64,000 nt of DNA from an uncultured Gammaproteobacteria bacterium (GTDB lineage: Bacteria; Cyanobacteriota; Vampirovibrionia; LMEP-6097): NCBI GenBank assembly GCA_964512985.1, contig CAZELI010000002.1:11252-75251 (forward strand), in the 5' to 3' direction. This document shows positions 34,592 through 44,217 of this stretch, piece by piece. Position numbers and translations under genes: made by a program. Below the pieces are notes generated by a model that searched no databases, was not told where the DNA came from, and saw only the letters and a list, made by a program, of their open reading frames with translations. How positions within the stretch are numbered: the first letter of the stretch is position 1; each line of letters begins with the position of its first letter.

Positions 34592-35204
34592 TTATTAGCC
34601 CAGTCTCTTCATCTACATCTCTAGTCTTGTTTTCGTGGGCGATAGCGATAGCTCTACGCTCTGCAAGCTTCTCACGACGGATCTTGCGTTGGAGTGTGAA
34701 GAGCCCATGTAATAAACCTTCTGGACGAGGCGGGCAGCCAGGTACATAAACGTCTACAGGAATAATTCTATCTACACCCTGTACTACTGAATAGCTGTCA
34801 TGAAACATGCCACCAGTAATGGTGCAAGCTCCCATAGCGATAACGTATTTAGGTTCTGGAAGTTGTTGATAGAGTCTTACTAAAGCAGGTGCCATTTTAC
34901 GAGTAATGGTTCCAGCTGTAATGATCAGGTCTGCTTGTCTTGGTGTTGCGCGAAATACTTCTGAACCAAATCTAGAGATATCAAACTTAGACATACCCAC
35001 TGACATCATCTCGATAGCACAGCAAGAAGTACCAAAAGTAAGCGGCCAAACACTATTAGATCTAGCCCAATTATAAATACTATCTAGGAAGCCACCAACA
35101 GTAGTGACAATTAAGTTCTCCTTCAAGCCTTCAGGGACTACCAGATCCGTGCTTGGAGGAGGGGTTACCTTGCTTTCTGAAAATAGCTCTTGAATATTAG
35201 CCAT
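34584..35204 (-). CDS. nuoB: NADH-quinone oxidoreductase subunit B / NdhK-like
   Basis: 206 aa with Cys motifs for cluster N2 ([26 protein letters not shown]). Confidence 0.9.
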   Translation of the reverse strand: MANIQELFSESKVTPPPSTDLVVPEGLKENLIVTTVGGFLDSIYNWARSNSVWPLTFGTSCCAIEMMSVGMSKFDISRFGSEVFRATPRQADLIITAGTITRKMAPALVRLYQQLPEPKYVIAMGACTITGGMFHDSYSVVQGVDRIIPVDVYVPGCPPRPEGLLHGLFTLQRKIRREKLAERRAIAIAHENKTRDVDEETGLIIS

Positions 35205-35239
35205 ATATATAAATTATAGCAATTTAGGGTTTATGGCAA

Positions 35240-38197
35240 GTGCAAGGTGTTTTGTTGCATAATAATATTCAAGTGCAAACAACAACTAAACCCACCTTAT
35301 TATTAATTGATGGCAGTAATTTAGCATTTCGCATGTATTTTGCTCTAGAGATGAGTAATTTACGTGATTCTCAGGGTAAGCCAACTTGGGCAGTATATGG
35401 AACGCTTAAAGCTTTATTTGATGTTATTGAGTTTGCTAAGCCAAGTGCCGCCGCTGTAGCGTTTGACCTACCTGAGCCTACTCATAGACATGTGATTTTT
35501 GATGAATATAAGGCAAACCGTCCTGATGAGATGCCAGATGATTTACAGTTGCAATGGGAAGTTATTAAAGAAAGCTTTCGTCGTTTCCATATACCAGTAC
35601 TAGAAGAGCCTGGCTATGAAGCAGATGACCTTATTGGGATTATGGCCAAAAAGGCTGAGCGAGAGGGTTACCATGTGGTAATACTTTCTGGTGATAAAGA
35701 TCTATTCCAATTAATTAACGAGAATATAGAGATGGCTGTACCACAGCGCGGTGGTGGTCTGGAGATATTTACACCCGAGCATGTGCTTGAGAAGATGGGC
35801 GTACATCCTTATCAAGTCCCAGATTATAAGGGCATTGCTGGAGACAGTTCTGACAATATTCCTGGAGTGAAAGGTCTAGGTCCTAAAGCTGCTACTACTT
35901 TACTTGGGGCTTATAAAACACTTGAAGGAATTTATGAAAATATCGATAAAGTAGGACCACCGAAGACTAAGGAGAAGCTTGTTGAGCAAGAAGATTCAGC
36001 GCGTATGTCTAAGCATATAGCAACGATTATTCTTGATGCTTCAGGTGTGAAAAATACCGATCTTACTCTGAGTCATTGCCATCTTGATATGCCTCATACT
36101 GATAATTTAATTCAGTTTCTAAAAGATCTACAATTTTTCTCAATACTTAAACGTTTACCCATGATACTTAAGCCTTTTAATAATGGTGAGATGGCAAAAG
36201 TAGACGTTGGAGATCTTCCTGAAATGGTTGGTAATTCCAGCTTCGCTAGCGCTTCGCAGGACAAGCAAAGATCCGCAGCAAGCAGTGAACAATCTGACTA
36301 TGAACCTGTGGATAGAAGGGTTGTAAGTGATCCTAAGAATTTAGATAAATGGGATACGGTAGAAAAAGAGATCACAGATTTAGAAGTCAAGCCTTTTATT
36401 ATTATCGATGAAATAGGTTTAAATTCTTTAATTAAAGAATTAGAGCTAGTGGATTTCTATGCTATAGACCTAGAGACAGATGGACTAAACACACTTAATT
36501 GTGAGATAGTTGGTTGGGCGCTAGCTTATGGAACTAAGACTTTTTATATACCAGTACTACACCAGGGGGTAAAACAGTTAAGTCCTAAACTAGTTATAGA
36601 AAAACTTCGAATAATACTCGAAGATTCAAGCAAATTACAGATTATTCAAAATGCTAAATTCGAGCAAAAAATACTTAAGCGCTTAAGTATTAAAACCCAT
36701 AGTAACTTCTTTGATACTATGCTTGCAAGCTATGTCGACAACCCTTCTAATAAACATGGACTCAAGATTCAATCTAAGAGAATCTTTGCGCAGAGAATGA
36801 TTGAGTATGAAACTCTCACTGGTACAGGTCGTAAACAAATTACTATTGATCAAGTGCCTTTGGATAAGGTTGCAGCTTATGCTGCCGCTGATGCTTATAT
36901 GACTCTTAAGCTCTATGATTATTATTCTACTAAGCTTGATGCACGTGAACAGAAGCTGCTGAAAGAATTAGAGTTTCCTCTTGTAGAAGTACTTCGAGAT
37001 CTTGAGTTAGCTGGAATTAGTTTAGATGTGGGATTTCTGAAAGACTTAAGCGTCGATATTCGCCAGAAGATTAATATTGTTGAGAAGCAAATATTTGAGC
37101 ATACTCTAGAAGTGTTTAATATATCTTCTCCTAAACAACTAAGTACCATTCTTTATGAGAAGATGAAGCTGCCTACTGTTGGTAAGAAAACTAAAGCTGG
37201 AGGCTATTCTACAGATATGGGTACACTCGAGACTATCTTACAAGATTATGAACTTGACGCTAAGCAAACTCAATTAATAAATGACATAGTTGAATACCGC
37301 ACTCTGACTAAATTAGCTTCTACTTATATAGATAGCTTACCGACACTGGTTAGTAAAGAAACCAATAGATTACACTCGGACTTTAATCAAGTGGTTACTG
37401 CTACTGGTAGATTGAGTTCTAGTAATCCTAATCTCCAGAATATTCCTATTAAATCAGAATATGGTAGAAAGATTCGTAGGGCTTTTGTTGCTTGTGATGC
37501 TGATCATGTGCTTATAAGTGCAGATTATTCACAAATAGAACTGAGAGTATTAGCGCATATGGCAAATGAACCTGCCCTTATAGAAGCCTTTAGTCAGGGA
37601 CAGGATATACATAGTAGAACTGCCATGGAGATCTTTGGAATTACAGAAGATCAGGTCACTAGTGATCAGCGCCGTGTCGGTAAGACCCTTAACTTCGCTC
37701 TAATTTATATGCAGGGACCTTATGCTACAGCTAAACAGCTAGGTATAACAATGTCTGAAGCGAAAGGGTTTATTGATAAGTATTTTAATGCTTTCAAACA
37801 TATCAAACCCTTTATGGATACGACGCTTAAGGCTGCTCACGAGAATGAATATACCGAGACTATGTTTGGGCGTCGTCGCTACTTCCGTAATATTAATAGT
37901 CCTAATAAAGCTCTAATGAAGGAAGAAGAAAGACAAGCTTTTAATGCTGCGCTTCAAGGTACAGCTGCTGACATCATGAAGCAAGCGATGATTAATCTTT
38001 ATTTCAAGCTAAACCAGAAGCAGCTTAAATCACAGATTATTCTTCAGGTACACGATGAATTGATCTTAGAAGTGCCGAGAGATGAGGTAGATGAAGTTAA
38101 AGCTTTGGTAGTTCAAGAGATGTCTAATGCAGCTAAACTCAATGTACCACTTAAGGTAGATATTGGTGTAGGAGAGAATTGGTTAGACTGTGATTAG
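35240..38197 (+). CDS. polA: DNA polymerase I
   Basis: 985 aa with a 5'-nuclease domain (LLLIDGSNLAFR, GIAGDSSDNIPGV), a 3'-5' exo domain (AIDLETDGL) and polymerase motifs (ADYSQIELRVLAH, RRVGKTLNFALIYM, QVHDELI). Confidence 0.95.
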   Translation: MQGVLLHNNIQVQTTTKPTLLLIDGSNLAFRMYFALEMSNLRDSQGKPTWAVYGTLKALFDVIEFAKPSAAAVAFDLPEPTHRHVIFDEYKANRPDEMPDDLQLQWEVIKESFRRFHIPVLEEPGYEADDLIGIMAKKAEREGYHVVILSGDKDLFQLINENIEMAVPQRGGGLEIFTPEHVLEKMGVHPYQVPDYKGIAGDSSDNIPGVKGLGPKAATTLLGAYKTLEGIYENIDKVGPPKTKEKLVEQEDSARMSKHIATIILDASGVKNTDLTLSHCHLDMPHTDNLIQFLKDLQFFSILKRLPMILKPFNNGEMAKVDVGDLPEMVGNSSFASASQDKQRSAASSEQSDYEPVDRRVVSDPKNLDKWDTVEKEITDLEVKPFIIIDEIGLNSLIKELELVDFYAIDLETDGLNTLNCEIVGWALAYGTKTFYIPVLHQGVKQLSPKLVIEKLRIILEDSSKLQIIQNAKFEQKILKRLSIKTHSNFFDTMLASYVDNPSNKHGLKIQSKRIFAQRMIEYETLTGTGRKQITIDQVPLDKVAAYAAADAYMTLKLYDYYSTKLDAREQKLLKELEFPLVEVLRDLELAGISLDVGFLKDLSVDIRQKINIVEKQIFEHTLEVFNISSPKQLSTILYEKMKLPTVGKKTKAGGYSTDMGTLETILQDYELDAKQTQLINDIVEYRTLTKLASTYIDSLPTLVSKETNRLHSDFNQVVTATGRLSSSNPNLQNIPIKSEYGRKIRRAFVACDADHVLISADYSQIELRVLAHMANEPALIEAFSQGQDIHSRTAMEIFGITEDQVTSDQRRVGKTLNFALIYMQGPYATAKQLGITMSEAKGFIDKYFNAFKHIKPFMDTTLKAAHENEYTETMFGRRRYFRNINSPNKALMKEEERQAFNAALQGTAADIMKQAMINLYFKLNQKQLKSQIILQVHDELILEVPRDEVDEVKALVVQEMSNAAKLNVPLKVDIGVGENWLDCD

Positions 38198-38671
38198 ACT
38201 ACTAATAAACTCTTCGATTGAAATTTTGGTACTTACAAACCTCAACCCTAAGCCATCCCAGGTATAAACTAATTGTTGAGTATTGCCAGCATCTACCCAG
38301 CAATAGACCTTAATCTCACTGGCATCAATAGTGCGCTCTAGAATTAGTTCAAAACTTGGATCTGCTGGTTCAAAGCGATAACTCTGAACATCTGATTCTA
38401 AGAAGGATTGAATACCGCTGGTGAAAGCTTCAAGTTCATTGTATGGTTCAATCGATAATGCAAATTTACCTATCTCACCAATGGTTCCTAAAGCAGTAAT
38501 TGCCTGGCGGTTTTTAGAGGAGAATTTATAAGTCTCTTGCCCCATATGAAAAACTATTTCATAATTTAACCAAGTAGCCTTATCAATAGAAACTCTTTCA
38601 AGTAAATTAAACTCTAGGCTTACTTTAGAATTAGTATCATTATTGTCGTTGGTACAATGAAGTGTGGGCAT
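38183..38671 (-). CDS. hypothetical protein downstream of lpxB
   Basis: 162 aa ORF. Its start codon overlaps the lpxB stop (38671) and its 3' end overlaps polA by 15 nt. Confidence 0.4.
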   Translation of the reverse strand: MPTLHCTNDNNDTNSKVSLEFNLLERVSIDKATWLNYEIVFHMGQETYKFSSKNRQAITALGTIGEIGKFALSIEPYNELEAFTSGIQSFLESDVQSYRFEPADPSFELILERTIDASEIKVYCWVDAGNTQQLVYTWDGLGLRFVSTKISIEEFISSLITV

Positions 38672-39921
38672 TATTTCAAAATCTCTTCCGCTACTAATCT
38701 TGCAGTATTGTATCCGCTAAGCTTACTCTTTAATTCAGACAAATCAGTTTTAATTTTCTGGTAATAAGCACTATAAGCTCCGTTCTTTTCAAACCAAGAC
38801 TCTGTTTCTGTTACAAAGTTTTTAACGTTAGCCTCATACTGTAAAAATTCTTTAATTATATACTTACCTGCAATAATATTAGCTAAGCCAGCCATAGTGA
38901 TAGTTCTGAAACATAGATAGAGAAGGTAATTGAATAAATTAGACCTGTAACTAAGGAAGTAAGGAGTAGTATAAAGTGCGGCTTCTAGTGTTACTGTTCC
39001 TGAGCAAAGCCAGAGTGCATCAGCGGCTGAGAGTAATTTATGATTAGAACTGAGCATATCTTGTGATTCTAATATTTCGATATGATGACTTTGTTTTCCT
39101 TCAAGTGCCATATTTAAAGGTGTTTTAAGCCCACATTGCTCTAGAAGTGATTTACTTATCGTTGGAGCTTTAGCTAGGATAAATCTAAAATTAATTTCTG
39201 GGTTTCTTTTAATTAACTGCTCTGATGCTTGAATCATTAGTGGAAGCATTTCTTTGATTTCCGCTTTGCGACTGCCAGGAAATAATCCTATTAATGTTTG
39301 AGTGGCTGAGTGGCTGGGTGCTTGGGTGACTGTATTGATTGATAGCCCTCTTCTATATTGGATTTCACCAAATTGCCTCAGAAATTCTTCTTTATTGATT
39401 GGTTTAGCAAGCGAGTCTAAGACTGGGTTTCCTACGTATTTGTATGGAATGCCAGATTTCTGATAGAGCTTTTCTTCTAAGGGTAAAGTACAAAGAACTT
39501 TATCTATATATTTCTTGATGTTATTGATACGCCAAGGTCTAGATGCCCAGATTTGGGGTGCGATAAATTCTATGATTTTAATTTCAGAAGATTGTTTTTT
39601 AATTGCTTGAGCGAGTTGTAAATTAAATCCACCATAATCTACAAGTAAGACTATATCTGGCTTCCAGTTTATAATTTCTGTCGCTATTTCTTGTTTCAGT
39701 GAAAGTATGGTAGAGATATTGGCGATAACTTCACTGATACCAGAGAAACCATAATCTCGGTAATCTTTAATTACTTTCACTCCTAGTTCTTCTAGTATCT
39801 CTGAGCCAAAGGCTCTAATCTCTGCTTCTGGACAGAGTTTGAAGATTTCTATTACAACTCTAGAAGCATGACTCTCGCCGCTTAACTCCCCGCATGAAAT
39901 AAATACTTTTGGTTTAGTCAT
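38671..39921 (-). CDS. lpxB: lipid-A-disaccharide synthase
   Basis: 416 aa with an N-terminal ISCGELSGESHASRVV motif and GT19 family architecture. It contains an octamer-repeat insertion (VTQAPSHSATQT). Confidence 0.85.
   Translation of the reverse strand: MTKPKVFISCGELSGESHASRVVIEIFKLCPEAEIRAFGSEILEELGVKVIKDYRDYGFSGISEVIANISTILSLKQEIATEIINWKPDIVLLVDYGGFNLQLAQAIKKQSSEIKIIEFIAPQIWASRPWRINNIKKYIDKVLCTLPLEEKLYQKSGIPYKYVGNPVLDSLAKPINKEEFLRQFGEIQYRRGLSINTVTQAPSHSATQTLIGLFPGSRKAEIKEMLPLMIQASEQLIKRNPEINFRFILAKAPTISKSLLEQCGLKTPLNMALEGKQSHHIEILESQDMLSSNHKLLSAADALWLCSGTVTLEAALYTTPYFLSYRSNLFNYLLYLCFRTITMAGLANIIAGKYIIKEFLQYEANVKNFVTETESWFEKNGAYSAYYQKIKTDLSELKSKLSGYNTARLVAEEILK
39299..39331. repeat. single-arm octamer-repeat element inside lpxB
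   Basis: tgagtggc tgagtggc tgggtgct tgggtgac t. Read on the gene strand it encodes VTQAPSHSATQT. Confidence 0.6.
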
Positions 39922-40381
39922 GACTTTCCTGTGAGGGTTGAGCGTATGTTGCGGCTATATTGCGCATCATAGTAAACGTATTCATAAAACCATTAGCCCG
40001 CGATGCTGTTAAGGTTTGACTTAAGCCCATACCCTCAATGAATCCAGGGTCAATTCTTAGGATCTCGTCAGGACTATAACCACTCATGCCTTCTACTAAA
40101 AGAGCTAGTAATCCAAGTACTAAGTGTGAATTCGACCAACCTTCATAAAATATTAGATTATCCTGAAATTTTCCTCGTATATAGGTGAGTGAGGCGCAGC
40201 CTTTTACTTGGTTTTCTTCGGTCTTATATTCTTCTGGATAAGGGGCTAGTTTCTTGCCAAGCTGAATAATTCTTTCAAAGCGTTTAGTCTTATCATCGAT
40301 CTTCGCGAATTGTTGATAGCGTTTTTCTAGGGTAGGGGTTAATTTATATGGATTATCCAAGATTTGTTTCGGCATCAACAT
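39914..40381 (-). CDS. sufE: SufE-like cysteine desulfuration protein
   Basis: 155 aa with VKGCASLTY (the conserved Cys loop of SufE/CsdE) and a C-terminal RANGFMN motif. Confidence 0.75.
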   Translation of the reverse strand: MLMPKQILDNPYKLTPTLEKRYQQFAKIDDKTKRFERIIQLGKKLAPYPEEYKTEENQVKGCASLTYIRGKFQDNLIFYEGWSNSHLVLGLLALLVEGMSGYSPDEILRIDPGFIEGMGLSQTLTASRANGFMNTFTMMRNIAATYAQPSQESHD

Positions 40382-41039
40382 CGATGGCTACATCATCCCA
40401 GTGATTTGTTGCCTTTTTACTCCCGGATTTAAATATTAGCTTATCTTTGAACCTATTTTTCAAGTTAACAAAAACCTCTTTAATTTTACGTTTAACTTCA
40501 AAATCTTCACTTAATGATACAAAGGTACTCGGTCCAGCCTGCATTTCGACATCTAATAAATCTCCCAAAGCTTGAAATAATGCTCTGAACTTGATTCTAT
40601 CAAAACTATAATCTCTAAACGTTATCTCATGACTTAAGTCAAAGGCTTCCATAAACTGTAATATTTCTGCTGTACTAATAGTTCGGTCAAATTTAATTAA
40701 ATTGCGTAAGGAAATAGGTAGATTTTCGAATTCTTCCAGACTATAGTCATAAGCAAGGATTTCCTTTAAACGCCTTCCTTTAATAATGCGCCTGATATCC
40801 TTCCTGAGTTCATAGAGGTAGCGACTATTAATTAATTGAGAGACTGCTCCATAGTATTGGCTTTGTGGAGTGACTGACTCCACAGCGAGTGGAGTTACTG
40901 GTCTAATATTACTGATAGGCTGTATTGATCTTATGTAATGATTATTAATATGTGGTGTTTTAAGCGAATTACGCTCAGGATGATGACCAGAATTAAAATT
41001 ATGGGGAAGGATATACATAATAAGAGGTTCCTGAGACAA
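40353..41039 (-). CDS. hypothetical protein
   Basis: 228 aa ORF with no recognised motif. It overlaps the sufE start by 29 nt. Confidence 0.4.
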   Translation of the reverse strand: MSQEPLIMYILPHNFNSGHHPERNSLKTPHINNHYIRSIQPISNIRPVTPLAVESVTPQSQYYGAVSQLINSRYLYELRKDIRRIIKGRRLKEILAYDYSLEEFENLPISLRNLIKFDRTISTAEILQFMEAFDLSHEITFRDYSFDRIKFRALFQALGDLLDVEMQAGPSTFVSLSEDFEVKRKIKEVFVNLKNRFKDKLIFKSGSKKATNHWDDVAIDVDAETNLG

Positions 41040-41120
41040 GGCTAAATTTGCATAAAATTACGCTTTCTTAGAGACGAAAGTTAAGCTTTATTGTTCTTCC
41101 TATGTTAAATTTATTTTAAT

Positions 41121-41194
41121 GGTGGCATAGCCAAGTGGTAAGGCAGAGGTCTGCAACACCTTTATCCCCAGTTCAAATCTGGGTGCCACCTCCA
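41121..41194 (+). tRNA. tRNA-Cys (GCA), CCA encoded
   Basis: ggtggca acceptor pairs with tgccacc. The anticodon loop cuGCAac is flanked by gaggu/accuu. The T-arm is ccccaGTTCAAATCtgggt, followed by 3' tCCA. Confidence 0.9.
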
Positions 41195-41224
41195 TTATCT
41201 TGAGTGACAGCTGCGATTATTATT

Positions 41225-42595
41225 ATGCAAGAACTAGAAGCCATAAGTCCAATAGACGGTAGATATAGAAAGAAAGTTGAATCACTTAAAACCTATTTTA
41301 GCGAAGCTGCTTTAATTCAATATAGAACTAGAGTTGAAATCGAATATTTAATCGCTTTATCAGAAACTAAGGGTTTAAACCTTAGGGCTCTTACTCAAGC
41401 TGAAAAAACTCAATTAATTAATATCTATAAGAACTTTACCCTTGCTGATGCCGAGATGGTAAAAGACAAGGAAGCTATCACTAATCATGATGTTAAGTCT
41501 GTAGAGTATTTTCTCAAGGAAAAGCTCACGGGTACTTCACTTGAAGATATCGTGGAGTGGATACACTTTGCACTTACTTCAGAAGATATCAATAATCTTG
41601 CTTACGCTTTAATGCTTAGTGAGGCTATTCATAATGAAATAATTCCAGCAATGCAAAATCTCGTATCTATAATTGATGGATTTGCTGATGCTAATAAATC
41701 TGTGTCTATGCTAGCTAGAACACATGGTCAATCTGCTTCTCCGACTACATTTGGTAAAGAGATGAAGGTCTTCAGCGCAAGATTAACAAGACAATTAGAG
41801 CAGCTTCAATCTTATAAAATTCTTGCTAAATTAAATGGTGCAACTGGTAACTATAACGCTCATATGATTGCATTCCCTAAGATTAATTGGACAAAATTCA
41901 CTTGTAAGTTTATTGATAAGTTAAACCAGGATTTAACAATTAAACTTGAAACTAATTTATTAACGACACAGATTGAGTCTCATGATACTTATGCTGAATT
42001 ATTTGATATAATTTCTCGTTTTAATACTATTCTTATTAGTTTTAATCAAGACATTTGGCGTTATATTAGTGATAACTGGGTATCCCAGAAACCTAAAGCC
42101 GGAGAAGTTGGTTCTTCAACTATGCCGCATAAGGTCAATCCTATTGACTTTGAGAATAGCGAGGGTAATCTTGGACTGGCTAATGCCTTATTCGGTTTCT
42201 TTAAATCTAAATTACCTATTTCTAGACTGCAACGTGATCTAACAGACTCGACTGTCGTTCGCAATATGGGAGTTGCATTAGCTTATTCTTTAATTGCATA
42301 TCAATCTGCTATTAAGGGACTAAGTAAAGTTTCTGTGAATGAAACTAAGATTAAAGAAGCTCTATATGATCATCCAGAAGTTATAGCTGAAGCTATCCAA
42401 ACTGTAATGCGTAGAGAAGGGAAAGCGGTTCCCTATGAGCAACTTAAAGAGCTTACTCGTGGTAAAAAAATTACTCTAGATGATTTTCAGAAGTTTATAA
42501 ACGAACTTGATGTAAATAAAGAAGTAAAAGCTGAGTTACATGCAATTAGTCCTGAGAATTACATAGGAATTGCTGTGCAATTAGTGTCTGAGTGA
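41225..42595 (+). CDS. purB: adenylosuccinate lyase
   Basis: It starts MQELEAISPIDGRY (typical PurB N-terminus) and carries the fumarate-lyase signature GSSTMPHKVNP. The track start at 41204 is a GTG only 10 nt after the tRNA, so I prefer the ATG at 41225. Confidence 0.9.
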   Translation: MQELEAISPIDGRYRKKVESLKTYFSEAALIQYRTRVEIEYLIALSETKGLNLRALTQAEKTQLINIYKNFTLADAEMVKDKEAITNHDVKSVEYFLKEKLTGTSLEDIVEWIHFALTSEDINNLAYALMLSEAIHNEIIPAMQNLVSIIDGFADANKSVSMLARTHGQSASPTTFGKEMKVFSARLTRQLEQLQSYKILAKLNGATGNYNAHMIAFPKINWTKFTCKFIDKLNQDLTIKLETNLLTTQIESHDTYAELFDIISRFNTILISFNQDIWRYISDNWVSQKPKAGEVGSSTMPHKVNPIDFENSEGNLGLANALFGFFKSKLPISRLQRDLTDSTVVRNMGVALAYSLIAYQSAIKGLSKVSVNETKIKEALYDHPEVIAEAIQTVMRREGKAVPYEQLKELTRGKKITLDDFQKFINELDVNKEVKAELHAISPENYIGIAVQLVSE

Positions 42596-42598
42596 TTG

Positions 42599-43075
42599 TC
42601 ATTTACTCGTTTTTCCTCTAACCATAGCAATAGTTCCAGTTCTGGATACTTCCTTGATGCCATAAGGTCCGAGGATTTGAATAATTGATGAGATCTTCTC
42701 ATTGTCACCAACGGCTTCTATAATAATAGAATCATCAGCTACATCAATAATGCGTGATCTGAATAGAGATGCAATTTCTATAATCTCACTACGATTAGCT
42801 CTAGAGGATACTTTAATCAATGCAAGTTCTCTATCTATAAAGCTTTGTGCAGAAAGATTAGATACTTTAATGGTGTTGATTAATTTATAAAGTTGCTTTT
42901 GAATTTGTTCAACATCAGCGATATCAGTAACTATAACCATACGGCTAAGACCATCCGTCTCCGAAGGACCAACAGTAATACTGTCTATGTTATAGCCGCG
43001 ACGACTAAACATACCAGAAATCCTAGCTAGGACACCCGATTCATTTTCGACCAAAACTGATAGTACGTTGCGCAT
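42599..43075 (-). CDS. ilvN: acetolactate synthase small (regulatory) subunit
   Basis: 158 aa with an ACT domain N-terminus VLVENESGVLARISGMFSRRGYNIDSITVG. Confidence 0.85.
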   Translation of the reverse strand: MRNVLSVLVENESGVLARISGMFSRRGYNIDSITVGPSETDGLSRMVIVTDIADVEQIQKQLYKLINTIKVSNLSAQSFIDRELALIKVSSRANRSEIIEIASLFRSRIIDVADDSIIIEAVGDNEKISSIIQILGPYGIKEVSRTGTIAMVRGKTSK

Positions 43076-43124
43076 AGTCCAGTATTACTTACCCACTGGA
43101 GCATTTATAATAGCATTTTTGAAT

Positions 43125-43529
43125 TTATTCTACTCTAATTCTGTCGACAACTGATACTACTCCAGGTAGTTCACTAACTACTCTTAATGCAAGCTCTTTC
43201 TCTGAGAAGTTGTCCACTGTGCCAGATAGGGTTACATTGCCATCATCTACTTTGAAGCTTATATCATCGTCTAACTCGTTCATACTATCGATTTTACTGT
43301 CGACATCATTACGGATAGTAGTATCATCCTTAGACACTCTAGGGGTTTGCGTTGTAGTTACTCTAGTTTCTTTGTATGAATAAGATGATTTCTCTTCTTC
43401 GTCATTAGCTTTTGCACTGTGGCTAATTCCTAATGTTAAGCAAAGAATACTTGCTATTGATAGTAATTTTGAAATTTTCATTTTGTTCTCCTTCTTGAAA
43501 TTGTTGTTATATAATTTATTATTTATCAA
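43125..43529 (-). CDS. secreted BON-domain protein
   Basis: Signal peptide plus a C-terminal VDDGNVTLSGTVDNFSEKELALRVVSELPGVVSVVDRI BON pattern. Confidence 0.6.
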   Translation of the reverse strand: MINNKLYNNNFKKENKMKISKLLSIASILCLTLGISHSAKANDEEEKSSYSYKETRVTTTQTPRVSKDDTTIRNDVDSKIDSMNELDDDISFKVDDGNVTLSGTVDNFSEKELALRVVSELPGVVSVVDRIRVE

Positions 43530-43578
43530 ATTATTTCAATACTAATTATTATAGCACAATTAGTTGATTGAAACATTT

Positions 43579-44013
43579 TTATTTTTCTTCGATTAAATCT
43601 ACTCGTAGTTGGTGGCGCCCGCCAGCAAACTCGGTATTAAGCCAAGTGTTTACAATACTTTCAGCAAGTTCTTTATCAATAAATCTTGCTCCCATAACTA
43701 AAATATTAGAGTCATTATGTTCACGGCTTAATTTAGCATATTCAACAGAAGTACAAAGCGCTGCTCTAATGCCTTCATGACGATTAGCAGCCATACTCAT
43801 ACCAATGCCACTGCCACATACTAAAATACCCCTAGCCTTAGTTGCTAAGACTTCCTTGGCGACTTGATGAGCATAGTCGGGATAATTTACAGAATCAAGT
43901 GAATTACAACCTAAGTCTTTAACTTCATATTTATTATTCTGTAGATAGTTCTTAATATGCTCTTTCAGTTCGTAGCCTGCATGATCTGAAGCTATGATTA
44001 TTTCTTCTGACAT
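43579..44013 (-). CDS. rpiB: ribose-5-phosphate isomerase B
   Basis: MSEEIIIASDHAGYELKE start and the GILVCGSGIGMSMAANR motif. I prefer the internal ATG at 44013 to the track start at 44049. Confidence 0.85.
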   Translation of the reverse strand: MSEEIIIASDHAGYELKEHIKNYLQNNKYEVKDLGCNSLDSVNYPDYAHQVAKEVLATKARGILVCGSGIGMSMAANRHEGIRAALCTSVEYAKLSREHNDSNILVMGARFIDKELAESIVNTWLNTEFAGGRHQLRVDLIEEK

Positions 44014-44093
44014 AACTATATTATATCTAATTAGTAACCACTCACCCATTAAATAATATTTTCTATTAAAAATCCTTCAAACCAGGATGGTGT

Positions 44094-44193
44094 ATGGGTT
44101 CCGCCGCTGCGCGGCGGTTGCGCTGCGCGCGGCTTGAGATATATTTTATTTCAGCAGTCCGCAGGACGAACCGCGCCGCAGGCGCGGAACCAC
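44094..44193. repeat. 100 bp GC-rich palindromic element, copy 3
   Basis: gggttccgccgctgcgcggcggttgcgctgcgcgcggc...agtccgcaggacgaaccgcgccgcaggcgcggaaccac lies between atpH and rpiB. Confidence 0.85.
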
Positions 44194-44217
44194 AAGAAAA
44201 AAATGTGTGTAACTACT

